From NCBI GenBank assembly GCA_016794025.1, contig JAEUKX010000027.1, positions 11,222 to 75,221 of the forward strand: a DNA stretch of 64,000 nt, in the 5' to 3' direction. The notes beneath the pieces were generated by a model. The model did no database searches, was not told the origin of the DNA, and saw nothing but the letters and a program-made list of their open reading frames with translations. Below are positions 20,984 through 30,216 of the stretch, piece by piece. Source of the stretch: Rhodospirillales bacterium (GTDB taxonomy: Bacteria; Pseudomonadota; Alphaproteobacteria; CACIAM-22H2). Positions within the stretch are counted from its first letter, which is position 1. The number at the start of each line of letters is the position of its first letter. Made by a program: the position numbers and the translations under genes.

Positions 20984-22372
20984 ATGCCCGAACTTGCCGA
21001 CCTGTCGGTGGCCGAGCTGCTTGCCGGCTATGCGCGCCGTTCGTTCTCGCCCGTCGAGGCGGCGCAGGCGTGTCTGGCGCGGATATCGAAGCATGACGGG
21101 ACATTCAATGCCTTCTGCCTGGTCGATGGTGACCGCGCGATCGCCGATGCACGCGCCTCCGAGGCGCGCTGGATGCGCGCCACGCCCAGCGGCACGCTTG
21201 ACGGCGTGCCGACGACGATCAAGGACCTGCTGCTGACCAAAGGCTGGCCGACCTTGCGCGGTTCGCGTCTCGTCGATCGCGGCCAGCCCTGGACGGACGA
21301 TGCGCCGGCCGTCGCGCGCCTGCGCGAGCAGAATGCGGTGCTGCTCGGCAAGACCACGACGCCGGAATTCGGCTGGAAGGGGATCGGCGATTCGCCGCTG
21401 ACCGGCGTCACGCGCAACCCGTGGAATCCGGCGAAGACGGCCGGCGGCTCGTCGGCCGGCGCGGCGGTCGCGGCGGCCCTTGGCATGGGCGCGTTGCATG
21501 TGGGAACCGATGGCGGGGGATCGATCCGCATGCCGGCAGGGTTCTGCGGGATATTCGGACTGAAGCCGACCTACGGGCGCGTTGCCGCGCACCCTGCTTC
21601 CCCGGCAGGGCTGCTCGCGCATATCGGGCCGATGTCGCGCGGCGTGGACGATGCGGCGCGCATGATGGAAGCGATCGGCAGGCCGGATCCGCGCGACGTG
21701 TTTTCGCTGCCGGCCGAAGGCGGATCGTGGTTGCTCGATCTCGAGAAGGGGGTTGCGGGACTGCGGATCGGCTATTCGCCTCGGCTCGGATCGGCGTCCG
21801 TAGATCCGCCGATCGCCGCGGCGACGGACGGCATCGCAAGTCTCCTTGCCGAGCTGGGGGCCATCGTCGAGCCTGCCGAGCCGGACCTCGGCGACCTGCG
21901 CGAGGCGTTCTACCGGCTCTGGACGGCAGGCCTTGCACGGCCGCTTCTTGGCTTTCCGCGCGAACGCTGGCGCGACTGCGATCCGGGCCTCGTCGCGACG
22001 ACCGAGGCGGGCGAGCGGTGGACGGCGCAGGAGTACCTTGCGGCCGATGCGCTGCGCACGCGCGCGGCCGAGGCGCTTGCGCGGTTCCATCGCCGCCACG
22101 ACCTGCTCCTCACGCCGCAGCTTCCGATAACCGCCTTCGCCGCAGGGCAAGACGTGGCGTCGCCCGAGCAGACCTACTGGATCGACTGGACGCCGTTCAC
22201 CTATCCTTTCAACATGACGCGCAATCCTGCGGCCAGCGTGCCCGCCGGCCTGCATCCAGACGGTCTGCCGATGGCCGTGCAGCTCGTCGGGCGCTATTAC
22301 GAGGACCGTCTCGTGCTGCGTGCTGCCCGTGCGATCGAACGCGCGCGACCCTGGCCCCTGCCGAAGCCATGA
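20984..22372 (+). CDS. Amidase-signature family amidase
   Basis: GGSSAGAAVAAALG signature, TIKDLL Lys region, GGGGAG RBS-like sequence upstream. Confidence 0.85.
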   Translation: MPELADLSVAELLAGYARRSFSPVEAAQACLARISKHDGTFNAFCLVDGDRAIADARASEARWMRATPSGTLDGVPTTIKDLLLTKGWPTLRGSRLVDRGQPWTDDAPAVARLREQNAVLLGKTTTPEFGWKGIGDSPLTGVTRNPWNPAKTAGGSSAGAAVAAALGMGALHVGTDGGGSIRMPAGFCGIFGLKPTYGRVAAHPASPAGLLAHIGPMSRGVDDAARMMEAIGRPDPRDVFSLPAEGGSWLLDLEKGVAGLRIGYSPRLGSASVDPPIAAATDGIASLLAELGAIVEPAEPDLGDLREAFYRLWTAGLARPLLGFPRERWRDCDPGLVATTEAGERWTAQEYLAADALRTRAAEALARFHRRHDLLLTPQLPITAFAAGQDVASPEQTYWIDWTPFTYPFNMTRNPAASVPAGLHPDGLPMAVQLVGRYYEDRLVLRAARAIERARPWPLPKP

Positions 22373-22385
22373 ACCGCCGGCAACC

Positions 22386-23582
22386 ATGATCACGCTCAAC
22401 GGGCGGCGCGGTGTTCTTGCGTTGGCGGCAACGCAGATTGCCGGCTGGGGTTCGACCTACTTCATTCCCGCGATGCTCTCGGTGCCGATCGCCGAAGATC
22501 TCGGGATGCGCCCGGCATTCGTCTATTCCGGTGTCACGATCCAGCTGGTCATCGGGGCGTTTGCGGGCACCTGGATTGGCCGGCATGTCGATCGCCACGG
22601 GCCGCGCGCGATCCTGATGGCGGGATCGGCCTGCATGGGGGTCGGCCTGCTCTGCCTCGGGCTTTCGGGCGGGATCGCGGGCTTCGTCGCCGCATGGGCG
22701 ATCATGGGCCTTGGCATGCCGATGGTGCTGATCCAGACCCCGTTCGCCGCGGCGGCAATGCTCGTGCCGGGCGCCGCGCGCCGCGCGATCGGACTGATGA
22801 CGCTGATCGGCAGCCTGACGACAGTGCTGTTCCTGCCGGCGATGGCGGTTCTTGACGGTCTGCTTGGCTGGCGGGGTATCTGCCTGCTTTTCGCGGCCGT
22901 GCAGTTGGCCGTATGCGTGCCCTTGCATGCCGCCATCCGCGTGCGTCCGATCGAGCGCGATGCGGACACGCCAACCGCGGAAGGTGCGGCCGACGGGATT
23001 GCCGATCCCGTTCAGCGGAGGCGGGCTTTCTGGGCGATGGCCGTGGCATTCTCGTGCGTGGGCTTCGTCACGTGGGGGCTTCCGATCCATCTGGTCGATC
23101 TTGCGCGCGCCTATGGCGAGAGCGAGGCGTTGAGCGTGGCGGTCGGCGCGGTCATGGGCCCCGCGCAGATGGCCGCGCGTGCGATCGAGTCGGCCTTCGG
23201 CCAGCGCGTGCCGATTCTTCGGCTCGGCTTCTACAGCCTGATGACGATCTTCGCGGCACTGGCGCTGCCCCTGCTTTTCGGCGGCACCGCGACGCTGCTG
23301 ATGCTGATGGTGATCGGCTACGGGCTGGGTGCGGGCGTCAACACGATCGTGCGCGCGATCGCGCCGCTCGTCGTCTTCGGCCGGTCCGGATATGCGACCG
23401 TCCTCGGCAAGCTCGGCCTTCCGCTCAATCTCGTCTTCGCGACGGCGCCATTCGCGATCGCCGAGGCGATCGAGCGCGGCGGGCCCGCCGCGGGCGTGGC
23501 CCTGTGCGCGGCGGCGATCCTCGTATCGATGGCGGGCATGGCGCAGCTGCGCCGGATCGCCGGCCCATCGGGCGGCGCCTAG
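22386..23582 (+). CDS. MFS transporter
   Basis: About 12 hydrophobic helices, 398 aa. Start at MITLNGRRGVLALAATQIAG. Confidence 0.75.
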   Translation: MITLNGRRGVLALAATQIAGWGSTYFIPAMLSVPIAEDLGMRPAFVYSGVTIQLVIGAFAGTWIGRHVDRHGPRAILMAGSACMGVGLLCLGLSGGIAGFVAAWAIMGLGMPMVLIQTPFAAAAMLVPGAARRAIGLMTLIGSLTTVLFLPAMAVLDGLLGWRGICLLFAAVQLAVCVPLHAAIRVRPIERDADTPTAEGAADGIADPVQRRRAFWAMAVAFSCVGFVTWGLPIHLVDLARAYGESEALSVAVGAVMGPAQMAARAIESAFGQRVPILRLGFYSLMTIFAALALPLLFGGTATLLMLMVIGYGLGAGVNTIVRAIAPLVVFGRSGYATVLGKLGLPLNLVFATAPFAIAEAIERGGPAAGVALCAAAILVSMAGMAQLRRIAGPSGGA

Positions 23583-24139
23583 CGTGCCTCGCCGTTCCAC
23601 TCCAGCAGGGCGCGCGCGGCGATGGCCGCGTGTGCCAGCACATGGAAGCGGTTCCCGGAAACGAGCCGGGCGACTTCCGCGCGGGTGAGACGCAGGATCT
23701 CCTGCTCTTCGAGATCGCCGGAGTCCGGCTCGGCGACCTGCCGGCAGCCGTAGGCAAGGAACATGTGGCACTTTGCGCCGCGCACATTGGCGCCGGTGAT
23801 GCCGGCTCCCAGCGGCACGAGCCGCTCGAGCGAGTGGCCCGTCTCCTCAAGGAGTTCGCGCCGGGCCGCCTCGGCCGGCGTCTCGCCGGCGTCGATGCCG
23901 CCGCCCGGAAAGCCCGTGACGGTCTCGCCCGCACCGTGCCGGTAGCTGCGGATCGCAAGCACGCGACCGTCTTCGAGCACCGGAAACACCATCGAATAGT
24001 CGGGTAGCAGGACGCGGTGGAAACTCTCGACGATCCGGCCGTCGGGCAGTTCGATCCTGTCGTCGACGACCCGGATCCAGGGCGGCGAGGCATAGACCTC
24101 GCGCGAGGCAAGCGTCTTCCAGGGACGGAAGCGGTCCAT
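23579..24139 (-). CDS. NUDIX hydrolase
   Basis: Nudix box GGGIDAGETPAEAARRELLEETG. Confidence 0.85.
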   Translation of the reverse strand: MDRFRPWKTLASREVYASPPWIRVVDDRIELPDGRIVESFHRVLLPDYSMVFPVLEDGRVLAIRSYRHGAGETVTGFPGGGIDAGETPAEAARRELLEETGHSLERLVPLGAGITGANVRGAKCHMFLAYGCRQVAEPDSGDLEEQEILRLTRAEVARLVSGNRFHVLAHAAIAARALLEWNGEAR

Positions 24140-24146
24140 CGGCAGC

Positions 24147-25715
24147 TCAGACCGCGATCGAGGCCGACCAGGGGCTCATCACGTCGGACATGCCGGAGCG
24201 CCCGCCGGTCGCGGGATCGAGCAGCACCGCCGACGGGCAGGCGTAGTTGTTCGGGAAGATCGTGTGCTCGCTTGCCTTGACGGGGTAGCGCGCGGCGAGT
24301 GCCGTCTGCACGTCGATCGGCAGGCGAGGATCGTATTCGACGGCGTCGCCGCCCGAGACGTCGATGCGCGGCTGATGGAAGGCGCCGGCCAGATCCATGC
24401 CGTGGTCGACGACGAACGACAGGATCTGCGCCACTGCGGGCAGGATGCGCCGCCCGCCGGAAGCGCCAACCGCGATCCAGCCCTTGCCGTCCTTCGAAAC
24501 GATGGTCGGGCACATGTTCGTCAACGGGCGTTTGCCGGGTGCGATCGAATTCGGTCGGCCGGGCCGCGGATCGAACCACATGATGCCGTTGTTCATGAGA
24601 ATGCCCGTGCGCGGCAGCACGAGGCGGCTGCCGAACGAGGAAAGGAGCGTCTGCGTCAGCGCCACCATGTTGCCGTGCCGGTCGACGACGTTCAGGTGCG
24701 TCGTGCTCGTGGCCGGACCCTGGGCGGCCGGCGTGCCGGCGAGCCTTTCGGCATAGGCGCGGCGGAGCGCGTCGGCATAGACCACGAAACTTGCCGCGTC
24801 CGCGCCGAACGGTCGGAACAGGGCCGGTTCGATCAGTTCCAGCACGCGCGCGAGCGTCGGACCAGCCGTGCCGACGGGCGCGCAGGCGAACTCGGCGCCG
24901 CGATAGCGCGTCATGTGCGGCTCGACGATCCGCGCGTGGTAGCCCGCCATGTCGCCGCGTGCCAGCACGCCGCCCAGGGCCTGCGCGTCCTCGGCGATGT
25001 CGGCAGCCAGGGAGCCTTCGTAGAAATCGCGCGGGCCCTTGAGCTGGAGGCGCCGGATCGTGGCCGCGAGATTGCCCATCGCGAGATAGGCCTGCGCGCC
25101 ACCGGTCTCGGTCGACGGCGGAAGTCCGCCGGGAAGATAGACATCGCGCGACGTCGGGTAGCGCTGCAGGTCGCGGGCGGCGGCCGCGATCTTCAGCGTC
25201 GACCAGAAGTCGACAGGCAGGCCGCGGTCGGCGAGCCGTGCGGCAGGTTCAAGTGCCGCCTCCCAGGCGAACGTGCCGAAGCGGTCGAGCGCCAGGGACA
25301 GCCCCGCGACCTGGCCGGGCACGGCAATCGACAGCGGGCCGTGGATATTTCGATTGCCCTCGACCTCGGGCCAGCCGAACAGGTCGCCGGCCGTCCGGCC
25401 AGTCAGCGGAAAATGCGCAGGGTTGAGTGCCGCCGGCGCCTGAGGCCCGAAATCGACGACCGAGACCTTGCCGGTAGCGGCGGAGCGGAACATCAGGAAG
25501 CCGATGCCGCCAAGCCCGCTGTTCCATGGCTCGGCCGTCGACATGGCAAAGGCGGCCGCAACGGCCGCGTCGACGGCATTGCCGCCCTGCGCAAGGATGT
25601 CGGCGCCGACTTCCATCGACGCACGCGCCTGACCCGAGATGACCCCGCCGATCGCGGTCCCCGCACCCGGTTTGCGGACCTGGAGGTTCTGGATGAGATG
25701 CGGCTGGCGGATCAT
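24147..25715 (-). CDS. Gamma-glutamyltransferase family (Ntn-hydrolase) protein, apparently cytoplasmic
   Basis: GGT-like N-terminus (GGNAVDAAVAAAFA...EPWNSGLGGGGF-like) and the autoprocessing threonine context GPATSTTHLNVVDRHGNMVALTQT. No signal peptide visible. Confidence 0.8.
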   Translation of the reverse strand: MIRQPHLIQNLQVRKPGAGTAIGGVISGQARASMEVGADILAQGGNAVDAAVAAAFAMSTAEPWNSGLGGIGFLMFRSAATGKVSVVDFGPQAPAALNPAHFPLTGRTAGDLFGWPEVEGNRNIHGPLSIAVPGQVAGLSLALDRFGTFAWEAALEPAARLADRGLPVDFWSTLKIAAAARDLQRYPTSRDVYLPGGLPPSTETGGAQAYLAMGNLAATIRRLQLKGPRDFYEGSLAADIAEDAQALGGVLARGDMAGYHARIVEPHMTRYRGAEFACAPVGTAGPTLARVLELIEPALFRPFGADAASFVVYADALRRAYAERLAGTPAAQGPATSTTHLNVVDRHGNMVALTQTLLSSFGSRLVLPRTGILMNNGIMWFDPRPGRPNSIAPGKRPLTNMCPTIVSKDGKGWIAVGASGGRRILPAVAQILSFVVDHGMDLAGAFHQPRIDVSGGDAVEYDPRLPIDVQTALAARYPVKASEHTIFPNNYACPSAVLLDPATGGRSGMSDVMSPWSASIAV

Positions 25716-26197
25716 TGCGTTCGACTCCGGCGAAGAAGTTCCCTGAGGATCGCCTTTACCTTAGCGATTTCCGCTGCCGAATAGGAGGAGAGACATCTTC
25801 GTTCGTGCGCTTTTGCGCGGCGAAGCAGGGGGCGAACGGCCCGGCGGCCGCTCGCGGATATCCGGACGAGCGTCCGCCGCCGGTCGGCGCCGTCGGTCGC
25901 CAGTTCGACAAGCCCTGCGCGCGCCATGCGGCTGGCGAGCTTGGTCAATGTCGGCTGCTGGATCAGCACGATACGGGCGAGGGCGCCGATGCTCAGGGCG
26001 TCGCCGTCCGAAAGCGTCGCCAGGACCCGCCATTTGGGGACGGAAAGGCCGGAAGGGCGAAGCTGGGCATGAAATTCGGTCGACACGCGCGCGCTCGCGG
26101 CGGCGAGCAGGTAGGACAGGTAGTCGTCGACGAAGCGCGGCACAGATCGAATTCTATGCCTTTTCATATAATCGGCAATGGCGTTATGCTGGGCCAT
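25712..26197 (-). CDS. MarR family transcriptional regulator
   Basis: Winged-helix MarR pattern (LSVPKWRVLATL...LARIVLIQQPTLTKLASRMARAGLV...DRRR). ATG at 26197 has AGGGGG 7 nt upstream; the GTG at 26215 and ATG at 26167 are alternatives. 4-nt overlap with the GGT gene. Confidence 0.8.
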   Translation of the reverse strand: MAQHNAIADYMKRHRIRSVPRFVDDYLSYLLAAASARVSTEFHAQLRPSGLSVPKWRVLATLSDGDALSIGALARIVLIQQPTLTKLASRMARAGLVELATDGADRRRTLVRISASGRRAVRPLLRRAKAHERRCLSSYSAAEIAKVKAILRELLRRSRTQ

Positions 26198-26990
26198 GGA
26201 TCGGCCCCCTGTCACTCCTGCCGTCTATGCAACCGGTGCCGGTACGCCGCTGGTGCTGTTGCACGGCGTGGGGACGGATCATCGCGCCTTCCGGCCGCAA
26301 TTGATCCGGCTTGCCGCGCACCATCGCGTGCTGGCGTGGGACATGCCGGGCTACGGCTGCTCGCCGCATCTTGATCCGCTGGATTGGCCGTCGCTCGCCG
26401 ACGCGCTCGCGCGCCTGCTCGACGCGCAGGGGATCGATCGCGCGCACATCCTCGGCCATTCGATCGGCGGAATGGTCGCGCAGGCGTTTTGCGCCCGCCA
26501 TCCCGCCCGCACGCGTTCGCTGGTGCTGTCGGCGACGAGCCCGGCATTCGGGCGTCCCGACGGCGACTGGCAACGCGAGTTCGTCCGCCAGCGTCTTGCG
26601 CCGCTGGAAACCGGGAAGACCATGGCCGACCTGGCCGAAGCGACGGTCGAGAGCCTTGTGGGTCCCGCTGCATCGAAAGCCGTCCGGGAGTTCGCGCGCG
26701 GATGCGTAGCGCAGGTCCCTGTCCAGGCTTTTGCCGCCGCGATCCGGCTGATCGTGACGTTCGACGGCCGTCCGGATTTGCCGAAGATCGCCTGCCCGAC
26801 GCTGCTGCTTGCGGGCGAACGCGATACCAATGCACCTGCAGCGATGATGCAGAAGATGGCCGAGCGGATCGCCGGATCGAAATTCGTGGTCCTGCCGGGC
26901 TGCGGCCATCTGGCGAACATCGAGGACCCGGACGCCTTCAACGCGGCGGTGCTGGAATTCCTGAGGGAGACCGAGACGCACCATGCTTAA
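26196..26990 (+). CDS. Alpha/beta hydrolase
   Basis: PLVLLHGVG oxyanion region and GHSIGG nucleophile elbow. Start at 26196 or 26178 (no SD at either). Confidence 0.8.
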   Translation: MDRPPVTPAVYATGAGTPLVLLHGVGTDHRAFRPQLIRLAAHHRVLAWDMPGYGCSPHLDPLDWPSLADALARLLDAQGIDRAHILGHSIGGMVAQAFCARHPARTRSLVLSATSPAFGRPDGDWQREFVRQRLAPLETGKTMADLAEATVESLVGPAASKAVREFARGCVAQVPVQAFAAAIRLIVTFDGRPDLPKIACPTLLLAGERDTNAPAAMMQKMAERIAGSKFVVLPGCGHLANIEDPDAFNAAVLEFLRETETHHA

Positions 26991-28173
26991 CGATCTGATT
27001 TCGCGCGTTGCGCGTCTGGGCCGCGAGAAATTCGCGCCGCGCGCCGAACAGTACGATCGCGACGCGCGTTTTCCGTTCGAAAACTACGATGACCTGCGGG
27101 CCGAGGGGCTGCTGGGCCTGTGCGTCCCTAGGCGCCATGGCGGGCTTGGCGCCGATTTCGCCACCTATTGCCGCGTGGCGGCCGAGATGGGCCGTTGGTG
27201 CGGGGCCACGGCGCTGACGTTCAACATGCATGCCTGTTCGGCGCTCTGGACGGGCCCGCTGGCCGACGATCTCGATCTTTCGCAGGAGCAGCGCGCGGAA
27301 CTCGAGAAGCTGCGAACCGTTCACTACAGGCGCGTCATCGAGCAGGGGGCCATCTACGCCCAGCCCTTTTCAGAGGGCTCTTCTGCGGCTGCGGGCAAGG
27401 CACCCTTCGGCACGCTTGCGAAGAAGGCGGATGGCGGCTGGATCGTCAGCGGCAAGAAGATCTTCGCCTCGCTTGCGGGCGCAGCCGATTACTACGGCAT
27501 CCTGTGCACCGAGGATCGCCCCGACCGTTCGATGCGCGATACGCTCTATCTCGCCGTGCCGAAGGAAGCGCAGGGACTGACCGTCACCGGCGACTGGGAC
27601 CCGCTGGGCATGCGCGCGACGGTATCGCGCACGCTGATCCTGAAGGACGTATTCGTGCCCGACGATGCTCAGCTCCTGCCGCGCGGCGTCTATTTCAAGG
27701 CGGCCTCGGCCTGGCCGCACATGTTCATGACCCTGTCCCCGACCTACATGGGCATCGCGCAGGCGGCGTACGATTTCACGGTCCAGTACCTGCGCGGCGA
27801 GACGCCGGGCCAGCCGCCGGTGAAGCGCCGCATGTACCCCACCAAGCAGATTGCGGTGGCGGAGATGTACATCAAGCTTGCGCAGACGCGGGCCCTGTTC
27901 GAACGCACGATCGACGCAGCCAAGGTCAATCCGAGCAAACGCGAACGTCTCGATGCCTATGCCACGCAATACACGATCATGGAGAACGCGAACGAGCTTT
28001 GCCGGCTTGCCATCCGTACGTGCGGCGGCCAGTCGATGCTGAAGTCGCTGCCGCTGGAACGGCTCTACCGTGACAGCCGATGCGGGTCGCTGATGCTTCC
28101 GTGGACGGCGGAGCTGTGCCTCGACCGGCTCGGGCGCGAGGCGCTCTACGAACCGGGCGAAACCGACGAATGA
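26983..28173 (+). CDS. Acyl-CoA dehydrogenase-fold flavoprotein (atypical C-terminal catalytic region)
   Basis: ACAD N-, middle and C-domain layout (FENYDDLRAEGLLGL..., RLYRDSR). The usual (Y/I)EGT catalytic-Glu motif position reads MLPWTAE. Confidence 0.7.
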   Translation: MLNDLISRVARLGREKFAPRAEQYDRDARFPFENYDDLRAEGLLGLCVPRRHGGLGADFATYCRVAAEMGRWCGATALTFNMHACSALWTGPLADDLDLSQEQRAELEKLRTVHYRRVIEQGAIYAQPFSEGSSAAAGKAPFGTLAKKADGGWIVSGKKIFASLAGAADYYGILCTEDRPDRSMRDTLYLAVPKEAQGLTVTGDWDPLGMRATVSRTLILKDVFVPDDAQLLPRGVYFKAASAWPHMFMTLSPTYMGIAQAAYDFTVQYLRGETPGQPPVKRRMYPTKQIAVAEMYIKLAQTRALFERTIDAAKVNPSKRERLDAYATQYTIMENANELCRLAIRTCGGQSMLKSLPLERLYRDSRCGSLMLPWTAELCLDRLGREALYEPGETDE

Positions 28174-29600
28174 GGGATCTGTCCGTCTGGATCGAACGTC
28201 ACGCGCGCCGCACGCCCGATGCGGTGGCGTTGCGGTTCGAAGGGCGGATGATCACGTATGCGGACCTCGACGTGCGTACGCAGGGGCTTGCCGCCTGGCT
28301 TTGCGCGCGCGGTGTCGGGGGCGGCGACCGTGTGGCGCTGCTGTCGACGAACAATCCCGACTATCTGGCGCTGCTGTTTGCCTGCGCGCGCCTCGGGGCC
28401 ATGCTGGTGCCGCTCAACTGGCGGCTGGCGCCGGCGGAAATCGGCCAGATCCTCGACGATGCCGAACCCGGACTGTTCCTGGCGGAGCGCGACTTCGCTG
28501 CCTCGACGGGCGGGCGCGGCGCGGTATGGCTCGACGAACTGGACGCCGGCGGCGGCGAAGCACCCTGCAACGGGTCGCCCGAGGCGCCGGTCCTCCTCGT
28601 CTACACGTCGGGCACGACGGGCCGCGCCAAAGGCGCCGTCCTCACGCAGCAGGCGCTGGCCTGGAACGCCGTCAACAGCCAGCACATGCACGACATGACC
28701 TCGCGCGATCGCGTGCTCACCTTCCTGCCGATGTTCCATGTCGGCGGGCTCAACATCCAGACACTGCCCGCTCTGGCGCTGGGGGCCGAGGTCGTGCTCC
28801 GCCGCCGCTTCGATCCGGGCGATGCGCTGGACGCGATCGCGCGGGAACGGCCGACGCTCTCGCTGGTGGTGCCGGCGGTGATGAAGGCGATGATCGAGCA
28901 CCCGCGCTGGACCGATTGCGACCTGTCGAGCCTGCGGATGGTCGGGGCGGGGTCGTCGATCGTGCCGGTCGACCTTATCCGCGCGTTCCATGCCCGGGGC
29001 CTTCCCGTCGCGCAGGTCTATGGCGCCACCGAGACGGGACCGATCGCGATCTACCAGACGCTCGCCGACGCCATGGCGAACGAGGGGTCGACCGGGCAGC
29101 CGGCGCTTCACTGCGAGGCGCGGCTCGAGGACGGGGAAATCCTGATCAAGGGACCCAACGTCGCAACCGGCTACTGGCGCAACGACGCCGCCACGCGCGA
29201 GAGCTTCGTGGATGGCTGGTTCCGCACGGGCGATCTCGGGCGTGTCGACGCGAACGGCAACTGGTGGGTCGTCGAGCGCAAGAAGGACATGATCATCTCG
29301 GGCGGAGAGAACGTCTATCCGGCCGAGATCGAGGCGGCCTTGAGCGAGATCGTCGGCGTCGCGGACTGTGCCGTGGTCGCTGCCCCCGATGCGCGCTGGG
29401 GGGAGGTCCCTGTCGCCTTCGTCGTCGTGCGGCCCGGAGCCGCACTGGACGAGGCGGCCCTTCGTGGCCATCTCGAAGGGCGGCTTGCGCGCTTCAAATG
29501 GCCGAAGGCATTCGTTTTCCGCGGCGAGCTGCCGCGCAACGCGATGGGCAAGGTCCAGCGCTTCGCGCTACGTGCGCAGGCCCGCGAGGGCAGGGAATAG
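28170..29600 (+). CDS. AMP-binding acyl-CoA synthetase / ligase
   Basis: ATGA overlap with the upstream gene. YTSGTTGRAKGA (A3 motif), YGATETG, GWFRTGD, and WPKAF...PRNAMGKVQR. Confidence 0.9.
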   Translation: MRDLSVWIERHARRTPDAVALRFEGRMITYADLDVRTQGLAAWLCARGVGGGDRVALLSTNNPDYLALLFACARLGAMLVPLNWRLAPAEIGQILDDAEPGLFLAERDFAASTGGRGAVWLDELDAGGGEAPCNGSPEAPVLLVYTSGTTGRAKGAVLTQQALAWNAVNSQHMHDMTSRDRVLTFLPMFHVGGLNIQTLPALALGAEVVLRRRFDPGDALDAIARERPTLSLVVPAVMKAMIEHPRWTDCDLSSLRMVGAGSSIVPVDLIRAFHARGLPVAQVYGATETGPIAIYQTLADAMANEGSTGQPALHCEARLEDGEILIKGPNVATGYWRNDAATRESFVDGWFRTGDLGRVDANGNWWVVERKKDMIISGGENVYPAEIEAALSEIVGVADCAVVAAPDARWGEVPVAFVVVRPGAALDEAALRGHLEGRLARFKWPKAFVFRGELPRNAMGKVQRFALRAQAREGRE

Positions 29601-30212
29601 GCCGGTCAGACCGGCCGACACGATCTGAACGGCGATCGCCGCGAGCAGCAGCCCGAAGATACGGTTGAGGATATTGAGGCCGGTGCGCCCGAGCTGCCGG
29701 CCGATCGGATCGGCAAGCCTCAGCGTGATCCAGACGACCACGCAGACAAGGCCGATGCACACGACCACGGCCGCCAGATGCGCAAGGTCGGGATTGCGCT
29801 TGGTCTCGATGATCGTCGAGGAGATCGAGCCGGGTCCCACGAGAAGCGGAATGCCGATCGGCACGACGCCAAGCGCCGACTTCTGTCCCGCCTCGTCGGC
29901 CTCCTCGGGCGTCTGCTGGACCGCGGAGACGCGGGCATTGAGCATCGAAAGGCTCATCAGGAAAAGAACGATCCCGCCGCCGACGCGGAATGCGTCGAGA
30001 CTGGTCCCGAGGATGCGCAGCAGCACGTCGCCGGTCAGTGCGGAAACGACGAGCACGATGAAGACGGTGGCGGCCGCCATGTCGGCTGTGCGCGCACGGA
30101 ACCGGTCGTCCTGGCCCGCCGTCAGCGCCAGGAAGACCGGGATCGCCGCAAACGGCGTGAGGATCGCCAGAAGCGTGACGACGAAGCGCGAGTAGTCGGC
30201 AAAATTCGCCAC
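29568..30212 (-). CDS. MarC family (UPF0056) integral membrane protein
   Basis: TLLAILTPFAAIPVFLAL and GGIVLFLMSLSMLN are typical of the MarC family. GTG start at 30212 is chosen just after the upstream stop (30217). Confidence 0.75.
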   Translation of the reverse strand: MANFADYSRFVVTLLAILTPFAAIPVFLALTAGQDDRFRARTADMAAATVFIVLVVSALTGDVLLRILGTSLDAFRVGGGIVLFLMSLSMLNARVSAVQQTPEEADEAGQKSALGVVPIGIPLLVGPGSISSTIIETKRNPDLAHLAAVVVCIGLVCVVVWITLRLADPIGRQLGRTGLNILNRIFGLLLAAIAVQIVSAGLTGLFPALAGLRT

Positions 30213-30216
30213 GGCG

